Shown here: one piece after another, positions 15,701 through 29,930 of the stretch | Layout of the letters: each line of letters opens with the position of its first letter | Numbering within the stretch: the stretch's first letter is position 1 | Assembly (NCBI GenBank): GCA_051313645.2 | Contig: JBNRSN020000031.1 | Coordinates: 6,572,001 to 6,636,000, forward strand | Direction: 5' to 3' | Length of the DNA stretch: 64,000 bases | DNA from: Centroscyllium fabricii | Taxonomy: Eukaryota | Made by a program: the position numbers and the translations under genes | Notes under the pieces: model-generated | The model's database searches: none | Told to the model about the DNA's origin: nothing | What the model saw: the letters and a program-made list of their open reading frames with translations, nothing else

Positions 15701-18700
15701 CATGCTGAGTTATCATTGGCCCACAGGCATTTGTAAGGACTACCTGTTATATTCACGTAATCACATGCTGAGATATAATTGGCCCACAGGCATCTGTAAG
15801 GATTACCTATTATATTCACGTAATCACATGATGAGTTATCATTGGCCCACAGGAATCTGTAAGGACTACCAATTATATTCCCGTAATAATATGCTGAGTT
15901 ATCATTGGCCCACAGGCAGCTGTAAGGACTACCTATTATATTCACGTAATCAAATGCTGAGTTATCATTGGCCCGCAGGCATCTGTAAGGACTACCAATT
16001 ATATTCACGTGATCACATGCCGACTTATCATTGGCGCACAGGCATCTGTAAGGACTATTATTGTATTCACGTAACCAAATGCTGAGTTATCATTGGCCCA
16101 CAGGCATCTGTAAGGACTACTATTGTATTCACGTAATCACATGCTGAGTTATCATTGGCCCGCAGGCATCTGTAAGGACTACCTATTATATTCACGTAAT
16201 CACACGCTGAGTTATCATTGGACCACAGGCATCTGTAAGGACTACTATTATATTCAAGTAATCACATGCTGAGTTATCATTGGCCCACTGGCATCTGTAA
16301 GGACGACTATTGTATTCACGTAATCAAATGCTGAGTTAACATTGGCCCACAGGCATCTGTATGGTCTACTATTGTATTCACGTAATCACATGCTGAATTA
16401 TCATTGGCCCGCAGGCATCTGTAAGGACTACCTATTTTATTCACATAATCACATGCTGAGTTATCATTGGTCCACAGGCATCTGTAAGGACTAATGTTGT
16501 ATTCACGTAACCAAATGCTGAGTTATCATTGGCCCACAGGCATCTGTAAGGACTACTAATGTATTCACGTAATCACCGGCTGAGTTATCATTGGCCCGCA
16601 GGCATCTGTAAGGACTACCTATTATATTTACGTAATCACATGCTGAGTTATCATTGGCCCACTGGCATCTGTAAGGACTACTATTATATTCACGTAATCA
16701 CATGCTGAGTTATCATTGGCCCACTGGCATCTGTAAGGACTACTATTGTATTCACGTAATCAAATCCTGAGTTATCATTGGCCCACAGGCATCTGTAAGG
16801 ACTACTATTGTATTCACGTAATCACATGCTGAGTTATCATTGGCCCACAGGCATCTGTTAGGACTACCTATTATATTCACATGATCACATGCTGAGTTAT
16901 CATTGGCCCACAGGGATCTGTAAGGACTACTATTGTATTCACGTAACCAAATGCTGAATTATCATTGGCCCACAGGCATCTGTAAGGACTACTAATGTAT
17001 TCACGTAATGACAGGCTGAGTTATCATTGGCCCGCAGGCATCTGTAAGGACTACCTATTATATTCACGTAATCACATGCTGAGTTATCATTGGCCCACAG
17101 GCATCTGTAAGGACTACTATTATATTCACGTAATCATATGCTGAGTTATCATTGGCCCACAGGCATCTGTAAGGTCTACCTATTATATTCATGTAATCAC
17201 ATGCTGTGTTATCATTGGCCCAAAGGCATCTGTAAGGACTACCTATTATATTCACGTAATATCATGCTGAGTTATCATTGGCACACAGGCATTTGTAAGG
17301 ACTGCCTATTATATTCACGTAATCACATGCTGAGTTATCATTGGCCCACAGGCATCTGTAAGGATTACCTATTATATTCACGTAATCACATGACGAGTTA
17401 TCATTGGCCCACAGGAATCTGTAAGGACTACCTATTATATTCCTGTAATAATATGCTGAGTTATCATTGGCCCACAGGCAGCTGTAAGGACTACCTATTA
17501 TATTCACGTAATCAAATGCTGAGTTATCATTGGCCCACAGGCATCTGTAAGGTCTACCTATTATATTCAGGTAATCACATGCTGAATTATCATTGGCCCA
17601 CAGGCATCTGTAAGGACTACCTATTATATTCACGTAATCACATGCTGAGTTATCATTGGTCCACAGGCATCTGTAAGGACTACCTGTTATATTCACGTAA
17701 TCACATGCTGAGTTATCATTGGCCCACAGGCATTTGTAAGGACTACCTATTATATTCACGTAATCACATGCTGAGTTATCATTGGCCCACAGGCATCTGT
17801 AAGGACTACCTTTCATATTCACGTAATCACATGCTGAATTACCATTGGCCCACAGGCTTCTGTAAGGTCCACCTATTATATTCACGTAATCACATGCTGA
17901 GTTATCATTGGACCACAGGCATCTGTAAGGACTACCTATTATATTCACGTAATTACATGCTCAGATATCATTGGCCCACAGGCATCTGTAAGGACTACCT
18001 ATTATATTCACGTAATCTCATGCTGAATTATCATTGGCCCACAGGCATCTGTAAGGACTACCTATTATATTCACGTAATCACATGCTGAGTTATCATTGG
18101 CCCGCAGGCATCTGTAAGGACTACCAATTATATTCACGGGATCACAGGCTGAGTTATCATTGACCCACAGGCATCTGTAAGGACTACTATTGTAATCACG
18201 TAACCAAATGCTGAGTTATCATTGGCCCACAGGCATCTGTAAGGACTACTATTGTATTCACGTAATCACATGCTGAGTTATCATTGGCCCACTGGCATCT
18301 GTAAGGACTACTAATATATTCACGTAATCATATGCTGAGTTATCATTGGCCCACAGTCATCTGTGAGGACTACTATTATATTCACGTAATCATATGCTGA
18401 GTTATCATTGGCCCACAGGCATCTGTAAGGTCTACCTATTATATTCACGTAATCACATGTTGTGTTATCATTGGGCCAAAGGCATCTGTAAGGACTACCT
18501 ATTATATTCATGTAATCACATGCTGAGTTATCATTGGCCCACAGGCATTTGTAAGGACTACCTGTTATATTCACGTAATCACATGCTGAGATATCATTGG
18601 CCGACAGGCATCTGTAAGGATTACCTATTATATTCACGTAATCACATGATGAGTTATCATTGGCCCACAGGAATCTATAAGGACTACCAATTATATTCCC

Positions 18701-21700
18701 GTAATAATATGCTGAGTTATCATTGGCCCACAGGCAGCTGTAAGGACTACCTATTATATTCACATAATCAAATGCTGAGTTATCATTGGCCCGCAGGCAT
18801 CTGTAAGGACTACCAATTATATTCACGTGATCACATGCCGACTTATCATTGGCCCACAGGCATCTGTAAGGACTATTATTGTATTCACGTAACCAAATGC
18901 TGAGTTATCATTGGCCCACAGGCATCTGTAAGGACTACTATTGTATTCACGTAATCACATGCTGAGTTATCATTGGCCCCGCAGGCATCTGTAAGGACTA
19001 CCTATTATATTCACGTAATCACACGCTGAGTTATCATTGGCCCACAGGCATCTGTAAGGACTACTATTATATTCACGTAATCAGATGCTGAGTTATCATT
19101 GGCCCACTGGCATCTGTAAGGACGACTATTGTATTCACATAATCAAATGCTGAATTAACATTGGCCCACAGGCATCTGTATGTTCTACTATTGTATTCAC
19201 GTAATCACATGCTGAGTTATCATTGGCCCGCAGGCATCTGTAAGGACTACCTATTTTATTCACATAATCACATGCTGAGTTATCATTGGTCCACAGGCAT
19301 CTGTAAGGACTACTGTTGTATTCACGTAACCAAATGCTGAGTTATCATTGGCCCACAGCCATCTGTAAGGACTACTAATGTATCCACGTAATCACCGGCT
19401 GAGTTATCATTGGCCCGCAGGCATCTGTAAGGACTACCTATTATATTTACGTAATCACATGCTGAGTTATCATTGGCCCACAGGCATCTGTAAGGACTAC
19501 TATTATATTCACGTAATCACATGCTGAGTTATCATTGGCCCACTGGCATCTGTAAGGACTACTATTGTATTCACGTAATCAATTCCTGAGTTATCATTGG
19601 CCCACAGGCATCTGTAAGGACTACTATTGTATTCACGTAATCACATGCTGAGTTATCATTGGCCCACAGGCATCTGTTAGGACTACCTATTATATTCACA
19701 TGATCACATGCTGAGTTATCATTGGCCCACAGGGATCTGTAAGGACTACTATTGTATTCACGTAACCAAATTCTGAATTATCATTGGCCAACAGGCATCT
19801 GTAAGGACTACTAATGTATTCACGTAATCACAGGCTGAGTTATCATTGGCCCGCAGGCATCTGTAAGGACTACCTATTATATTCACGTAATCACATGCTG
19901 AGTTATCATTGGCCCACAGGCATCTGTAAGGACTACTATTATATTCACGTAATCATATGCTGAGTTATCATTGGCCCACAGGCATCTGTAAGGTCTACCT
20001 ATTATATTCATGTAATCACATGCTGTGTTATCATTGGCCCAAAGGCATCTGTAAGGACTACCTATTATATTCACATAATATCATGCTGAGTTATCATTGG
20101 CCCACAGGCAATTGTAAGGACTACCTATTATATTCACGTAATCACATGCTGAGATATCATTGGCCCACAGGCATCTGTAAGGATTACCTATTATATTCAC
20201 GTAATCACATGACGAGTTATCATTGGCCCACAGGAATCTGTAAGGACTACCTATTATATTCCCGTAATAATATGCTGAGTTATCATTGGCCCACAGGCAG
20301 CTGTAAGGACTACCTATTATATTCACGTAATCAAATGCTGAGTTATCATTGGCCCACAGGCATCTGTAAGGTCTACCTATTATATTCAGGTAATCACTTG
20401 CTGAATTATCATTGGCCCACAGGCATCTGTAAGGACTACCTATTATATTCACGTAATCACATGCTGAGTTATCATTGGCCCACAGGCATCTGTAAGGACT
20501 ACCTGTTATATTCACGTAATCACATGCTGAGTTATCATTGGCCCACAGGCATTTGTAAGGACTACCTATTATATTCACGTAATCACATGCGGAGTTATCA
20601 TTGGCCCACAGGCATCTGTAAGGACTACCTTTCATATTCACGTAATCACATGCTGAATTACCATTGGCCCACAGGCATCTGTAAGGACCACCTATTATAT
20701 TCACGTAATCACATGCTGAGTTATCATTGGACCACAGGCATCTGTAAGGACTACCTATTATATTCACGTAATTACATGCTCAGATATCATTGGCCCACAG
20801 GCATCTGTAAGGACTACCTATTATATTCACGTAATCTCATGCTGAATTATCATTGGCCCACAGGCATCTGTAAGGACTACCTATTATATTCACGTAATCA
20901 CATGCTGAGTTATCATTGGCCCGCAGGCATCTGTAAGGACTACCAATTATATTCACGTGATCACAGGCTGAGTTATCATTGACCCACAGGCATCTGTAAG
21001 GACTACTATTGTAATCACGTAACCAAATGCTGAGTTATCATTGGCCCACAGGCATCTGTAAGGACTACTATTATATTCACGTAATCAAATGCTGAGTTAT
21101 CATTGGCCCGCAGGCATCTGTAAGGACTACCTATTATATTCACGTAATCACACGCTGAGTTATCATTGGCCCACAGGCATCTGTAAGGACTACTATTATA
21201 TTCACGTAATCACATGCTGAGTTATCATTGGCCCACTGGCATCTGTAAGGACGACTATTGTATTCACGTAATCAAATGCTGAGTTAACATTGTCCCACAG
21301 GCATCTGTATGGTCTACTATTGTATTCACGTAATCACATGCTGAGATATCATTGGCCCGCAGGCATCTGTAAGGACTACCTATTATATTCACATAATCAC
21401 ATGCTGAGTTATCATTGGCCCACAGGCATCTGTAAGGACTACTATTATGTTCACGTAATCATATGCTGAGTTATCATTGGCCCACAGGCATCTGTAAGGA
21501 CTACCTAATATATTCACGTAATCACATGCTGAGTCATCATTGGCCCACAGGCATCTGTAAGTTCTACCAATTATAATCACGTAATCACATGCTGAGTTAT
21601 CATTGGCCCACAGGCATCTGTAAGGACTACCGATTATATTCACGTAATCACATGCTGAATTATCATTGGACCACAGGCATTTGTAAGGACTACCTATTAT

Positions 21701-22139
21701 ATTCACGTAATCACATGCTGAGTTATTATTGGCCCACAGGCATCTGTAAGGACTACCTATTATATTCACGTAATCACATGATGAGTTATCATATGCCCAC
21801 AGGCATCAGCATGGGCTACCTATTATATTCCCGTAATAATATGCTGAGTTATCATTGCCCACAGGCATCTGTAAGGACTACCTATTATATTCACATAATC
21901 AAATGCTGAGTTATCATTGGCCCACAGGCATCTGTAAGGACTACCTATTATATTCAGGTAATCACATGCTGAATTCTGATTGGCCCACAGGCATCTGTAA
22001 GGACTAGCTATTATATTCAGGTAATCACATGATGAGTTATCATTGGCCCACAGGCATCTGTAAGGACTACCTGTTATATTCACGTAATCACATGCTGAGT
22101 TATCATTCGCCAACAGGCATTTGTAAGGACTACCTATTA

Positions 22140-25100
22140 TATTCACGTATTCACATGCTGAGTTATCATTGGCCCACAGGCATCTGTAAGGACTACCTAT
22201 TAAATTCCCGTAATAATATGCTGAGTTATCATTGGCCCACAGGCAGCTGTAAGGACTACCTATTATATTCCCGTAATAATATGCTGAGTTATCATTGGCC
22301 CACAGGCAGCTGTAAGGACTACCTATTATATTCACGTAATCAAATGCTGAGTTATCATTGGCCCACAGGCATCTGTAAGGACTACCTATTATATTCAGGT
22401 AATCACATGCTGAATTATCATTGGCCCACAGGCATCTGTAAGGACTACCTATTATATTCACGTAATCACATGCTGAGTTATCATTGGCCCACAGGCATCT
22501 GTAAGGACTACCTGTTATATTCACGTAATCACATGCTGAGTTATCATTGGCCCACAGGCATTTGTAAGGACTACCTATTATATTCACGTAATCACATGCT
22601 GAGTTATCATTGGCCCACAGGCATCTGTAAGGACAACCTTTCATATTCACGTAATCACATGCTGAATTACCATTGGCCCACAGGCATCTGTAAGGACTAC
22701 TTATTATATTCACGTAATCACATGCTGAGTTATCATTGGACCACAGGCATCTGTAAGGACTACCTATTATATTCACGTAATTACATGCTCAGATATCATT
22801 GGCCCACAGGCATCTGTAAGGACTACCTATTATACTCACGTAATCTCATGCTGAATTATCATTGGCCCACAGGCATCTGTAAGGACTACCTATTATATTC
22901 ACGTAATCACATGCTGAGTTATCATTGGCCCGCAGGCATCTGTAAGGACTACCAATTATATTCACGTGATCACAGGCTGAGTTATCATTGACCCACAGGC
23001 ATCTGTAAGGACTACTATTGTATTCACGTAACCAAATGCTGAGTTATCATTGGCCCACAGGCATCTGTAAGGACTAATATTGTATTAACGTAATCACATG
23101 CTGAGTTATCATTGGCCCGCAGGCATCTGTAAGGACTACCTATTATATTCACGTAATCACACGCTGAGTTATCATTGGCCCACAGGCATCTGTAAGGACT
23201 ACTATTATATTCACGTAATCACATGCTGAGTTATCATTGGCCCACTGGCATCTGTAAGGACGACTATTGTATTCACGTAATCAAATGCTGCGTTAACATT
23301 GGCCCACAGGCATCTGTATGGTCTACTATTGTATTCACGTAATCACATGCTGAGTTATCATTGGCCCGCAGGCATCTGTAAGGACTACCTATTATATTCA
23401 CATAATCACATGCTGAGTTATCATTGGCCCACAGGCATCTGTAAGGACTACCGATTATATTCACGTAATCACATGCTGAATTATCATTGGACCACAGGCA
23501 TTTGTAAGGACTACCTATTATATTCACGTAATCACATGCTGAATTATTATTGGCCCACAGGCATCTGTAAGGACAACCTATTATATTTACGTAATCACAT
23601 GATGAGTTATCATATGCCCACAGGCATCAGCAAGGGCTACCTATTATATTCCCGTAATAATATGCTGAGTTATCATTGCCCACAGGCATCTGTAAGGACT
23701 ACCTATTATATTCACATAATCAAATGCTGAGTTATCATTGGCCCACAGGCATCTGTAAGGACTACCTATTATATTCACGTAATCACATGCTGAATTATCA
23801 TTGGCCCACAGGCATCTGGAAGGACTACCTATTATATTCACGTAATCACATGCTGAGTTATCATTGGCCCACAGGCATCTGTAAGGACCACCTACTATAT
23901 TCACGTAATCACATGCTGAATTATCTTTGGCCCACAGGCATTTGTAAGGACTACCTATTATATTCACGTAATCACATGCTGAGTTATCATTGGCCCACTG
24001 GCATCTGTAAGGATAACTATTGTATTCACGTAATCAAATGCTGAGTTATCATTGGCCCACAGGCATCTGTAAGGACTACTATTGTATTCACGTAATCACA
24101 TGCTGAGTTATCATTGGCCCGCAGGCTTCTGTAAGGACTACCTATTATATTCACGTAATCACATCCTGAGTTATCATTGGCCCACAGGCATCTGTAAGGA
24201 CTACTATTATATTCACGTAATCATATGCTGAGTTATCATTGGCCCACAGGCATCTGTAAGGACTACCTATTATATTCACGTAATCACATGCTGAGTTATC
24301 AGTGGCCCACAGGCATCTGTAAGGACTACCTATTATATTCAGGTAATCACATGCTGAGTTATCATTGGCCCACAGGCATCTGTAAGGACTACCTATTATA
24401 TTCAGGTAATAACATGCTGAATTATCATTGGCCCACAGGCATTTGTAAGGACTACCTATTATATTCACGTAATCACATGCTGAGTTATCATTGGCCCACA
24501 GGCATCTGTACGGACTACCTATTATATTCACGTAATCACATGCTGAGTTATCATTGGCCCACAGGCATCTGTATGGTCTACTATTGTATTCACGTAATCA
24601 CATGCTGAGTTATCATTGGCCCGCAGGCATCTGTAAGGACTACCTATTATATTCTCATAATCGCATGCTGAGTTATCATTGGCCCACAGGCATCTGTAAG
24701 GAGAATTATTATATTCACGTAATCATATGCTGAGTTATCATTGGCCCAGAGGCATCTGTAAGGACTACCTAATATATTCACGTAATCACATGCTGAGTTA
24801 TCATTGGCCCACAGGCATCTGTAAGGACTACCTAATATAATCACGTAATCACATGCTGAGTTATCATTGGCCCACAAGCATCTGTAAGGACTACCTATTA
24901 TATTCACGTAATCACATGCTGAATTATCATTGGACCACAGGCATTTGTAAGGATTACCTATTATATTCACGTAATCACATGCTGAGTTATTATTGGCCCA
25001 CAGGCATCTGTAAGGACTACCTATTATATTCACGTAATCACATGATGAGTTATCATATGCCCACAGGCATCTGTAAGGGCTACCTATTATATTCACGTAT

Positions 25101-28100
25101 TCACATGCTGAGTTATCATTGGCCCACAGGCATCTGTAAGGACTACCTATTAAATTCCCGTAATAATATGCTGAGTTATCATTGGCCCACAGGCAGCTGT
25201 AAGGACTACCTATTATATTCCCGTAATAATATGCTGAGTTATCATTGGCCCACAGGCAGCTGTAAGGACTACCTATTATATTCACGTAATCAAATGCTGA
25301 GTTATCATTGGCCCACAGGCATCTGTAAGGACTACCTATTATATTCAGGTAATCACATGCTGAATTATCATTGGCCCACAGGCATCTGTAAGGACTACCT
25401 ATTATATTCACGTAATCACATGCTGAGTTATCATTGGCCCACAGGCATCTGTAAGGACTACCTGTTATATTCACGTAATCACATGCTGAGTTATCATTGG
25501 CCCACAGGCATTTGTAAGGACTACCTATTATATTCACGTAATCACATGCTGAGTTATCATTGGCCCACAGGCATCTGTAAGGACAACCTTTCATATTCAC
25601 GTAATCACATGCTGAATTACCATTGGCCCACAGGCATCTGTAAGGACTACTTATTATATTCACGTAATCACATGCTGAGTTATCATTGGACCACAGGCAT
25701 CTGTAAGGACTACCTATTATATTCACGTAATTACATGCTCAGATATCATTGGCCCACAGGCATCTGTAAGGACTACCTATTATACTCACGTAATCTCATG
25801 CTGAATTATCATTGGCCCACAGGCATCTGTAAGGACTACCTATTATATTCACGTAATCACATGCTGAGTTATCATTGGCCCGCAGGCATCTGTAAGGACT
25901 ACCAATTATATTCACGTGATCACAGGCTGAGTTATCATTGACCCACAGGCATCTGTAAGGACTACTATTGTATTCACGTAACCAAATGCTGAGTTATCAT
26001 TGGCCCACAGGCATCTGTAAGGACTAATATTGTATTAACGTAATCACATGCTGAGTTATCATTGGCCCGCAGGCATCTGTAAGGACTACCTATTATATTC
26101 ACGTAATCACACGCTGAGTTATCATTGGCCCACAGGCATCTGTAAGGACTACTATTATATTCACGTAATCACATGCTGAGTTATCATTGGCCCACTGGCA
26201 TCTGTAAGGACGACTATTGTATTCACGTAATCAAATGCTGAGTTAACATTGGCCCACAGGCATCTGTATGGTCTACTATTGTATTCACGTAATCACATGC
26301 TGAGTTATCATTGGCCCGCAGGCATCTGTAAGGACTACCTATTATATTCACATAATCACATGCTGAGTTATCATTGGCCCACAGGCATCTGTAAGGACTA
26401 CCGATTATATTCACGTAATCACATGCTGAATTATCATTGGACCACAGGCATTTGTAAGGACTACCTATTATATTCACGTAATCACATGCTGAATTATTAT
26501 TGGCCCACAGGCATCTGTAAGGACAACCTATTATATTTACGTAATCACATGATGAGTTATCATATGCCCACAGGCATCAGCAAGGGCTACCTATTATATT
26601 CCCGTAATAATATGCTGAGTTATCATTGCCCACAGGCATCTGTAAGGACTACCTATTATATTCACATAATCAAATGCTGAGTTATCATTGGCCCACAGGC
26701 ATCTGTAAGGACTACCTAATATAATCACGTAATCACATGCTGAGTTATCATTGGCCCACAAGCATCTGTAAGGACTACCTATTATATTCACGTAATCACA
26801 TGCTGAATTATCATTGGACCACAGGCATTTGTAAGGATTACCTATTATATTCACGTAATCACATGCTGAGTTATTATTGGCCCACAGGCATCTGTAAGGA
26901 CTACCTATTATATTCACGTAATCACATGATGAGTTATCATATGCCCACAGGCATCTGTAAGGGCTACCTATTATATTCACGTATTCACATGCTGAGTTAT
27001 CATTGGCCCACAGGCATCTGTAAGGACTACCTATTAAATTCCCGTAATAATATGCTGAGTTATCATTGGCCCACAGGCAGCTGTAAGGACTACCTATTAT
27101 ATTCCCGTAATAATATGCTGAGTTATCATTGGCCCACAGGCAGCTGTAAGGACTACCTATTATATTCACGTAATCAAATGCTGAGTTATCATTGGCCCAC
27201 AGGCATCTGTAAGGACTACCTATTATATTCAGGTAATCACATGCTGAATTATCATTGGCCCACAGGCATCTGTAAGGACTACCTATTATATTCACGTAAT
27301 CACATGCTGAGTTATCATTGGCCCACAGGCATCTGTAAGGACTACCTGTTATATTCACGTAATCACATGCTGAGTTATCATTGGCCCACAGGCATTTGTA
27401 AGGACTACCTATTATATTCACGTAATCACATGCTGAGTTATCATTGGCCCACAGGCATCTGTAAGGACAACCTTTCATATTCACGTAATCACATGCTGAA
27501 TTACCATTGGCCCACAGGCATCTGTAAGGACTACTTATTATATTCACGTAATCACATGCTGAGTTATCATTGGACCACAGGCATCTGTAAGGACTACCTA
27601 TTATATTCACGTAATTACATGCTCAGATATCATTGGCCCACAGGCATCTGTAAGGACTACCTATTATACTCACGTAATCTCATGCTGAATTATCATTGGC
27701 CCACAGGCATCTGTAAGGACTACCTATTATATTCACGTAATCACATGCTGAGTTATCATTGGCCCGCAGGCATCTGTAAGGACTACCAATTATATTCACG
27801 TGATCACAGGCTGAGTTATCATTGACCCACAGGCATCTGTAAGGACTACTATTGTATTCACGTAACCAAATGCTGAGTTATCATTGGCCCACAGGCATCT
27901 GTAAGGACTAATATTGTATTAACGTAATCACATGCTGAGTTATCATTGGCCCGCAGGCATCTGTAAGGACTACCTATTTTATTCACGTAATCACACGCTG
28001 AGTTATCATTGGCCCACAGGCATCTGTAAGGACTACTATTATATTCACGTAATCACATGCTGAGTTATCATTGGCCCACTGGCATCTGTAAGGACGACTA

Positions 28101-29930
28101 TTGTATTCACGTAATCAAATGCTGAGTTAACATTGGCCCACAGGCATCTGTATGGTCTACTATTGTATTCACGTAATCACATGCTGAGTTATCATTGGCC
28201 CGCAGGCATCTGTAAGGACTACCTATTATATTCACATAATCACATGCTGAGTTATCATTGGCCCACAGGCATCTGTAAGGACTACCGATTATATTCACGT
28301 AATCACATGCTGAATTATCATTGGACCACAGGCATTTGTAAGGACTACCTATTATATTCACGTAATCACATGCTGAATTATTATTGGCCCACAGGCATCT
28401 GTAAGGACAACCTATTATATTTACGTAATCACATGATGAGTTATCATATGCCCACAGGCATCAGCAAGGGCTACCTATTATATTCCCGTAATAATATGCT
28501 GAGTTATCATTGCCCACAGGCATCTGTAAGGACTACCTATTATATTCACATAATCAAATGCTGAGTTATCATTGGCCCACAGGCATCTGTAAGGACTACC
28601 TATTATATTCACGTAATCACATGCTGAATTATCATTGGCCCACAGGCATCTGGAAGGACTACCTATTATATTCACGTAATCACATGCTGAGTTATCATTG
28701 GCCCACAGGCATCTGTAAGGACCACCTACTATATTCACGTAATCACATGCTGAATTATCTTTGGCCCACAGGCATTTGTAAGGACTACCTATTATATTCA
28801 CGTAATCACATGCTGAGTTATCATTGGCCCACTGGCATCTGTAAGGATAACTATTGTATTCACGTAATCAAATGCTGAGTTATCATTGGCCCACAGGCAT
28901 CTGTAAGGACTACTATTGTATTCACGTAATCACATGCTGAGTTATCATTGGCCCGCAGGCTTCTGTAAGGACTACCTATTATATTCACGTAATCACATCC
29001 TGAGTTATCATTGGCCCACAGGCATCTGTAAGGACTACTATTATATTCACGTAATCATATGCTGAGTTATCATTGGCCCACAGGCATCTGTAAGGACTAC
29101 CTATTATATTCACGTAATCACATGCTGAGTTATCAGTGGCCCACAGGCATCTGTAAGGACTACCTATTATATTCAGGTAATCACATGCTGAGTTATCATT
29201 GGCCCACAGGCATCTGTAAGGACTACCTATTATATTCAGGTAATAACATGCTGAATTATCATTGGCCCACAGGCATTTGTAAGGACTACCTATTATATTC
29301 ACGTAATCACATGCTGAGTTATCATTGGCCCACAGGCATCTGTACGGACTACCTATTATATTCACGTAATCGCATGCTGAGTTATCATTGGCCCACAGGC
29401 ATCTGTATGGTCTACTATTGTATTCACGTAATCACATGCTGAGTTATCATTGGCCCGCAGGCATCTGTAAGGACTACCTATTATATTCTCATAATCGCAT
29501 GCTGAGTTATCATTGGCCCACAGGCATCTGTAAGGAGAATTATTATATTCACGTAATCATATGCTGAGTTATCATTGGCCCAGAGGCATCTGTAAGGACT
29601 ACCTAATATATTCACGTAATCACATGCTGAGTTATCATTGGCCCACAGGCATCTGTAAGGACTACCTAATATAATCACGTAATCACATGCTGAGTTATCA
29701 TTGGCCCACAAGCATCTGTAAGGACTACCTATTATATTCACGTAATCACATGCTGAATTATCATTGGACCACAGGCATTTGTAAGGATTACCTATTATAT
29801 TCACGTAATCACATGCTGAGTTATTATTGGCCCACAGGCATCTGTAAGGACTACCTATTATATTCACGTAATCACATGATGAGTTATCATATGCCCACAG
29901 GCATCTGTAAGGGCTACCTATTATATTCCC
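22140..29930 (+). repeat. Nested satellite duplications with periods of 2950 bp (47 monomers), 1884 bp (30 monomers) and 4834 bp (their sum)
   Basis: Identical or near-identical ORF translations at 23273/26223/28107, 24853/26737, 23644/28478 and 24151/28985. Boundaries are approximate. Confidence 0.85.
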
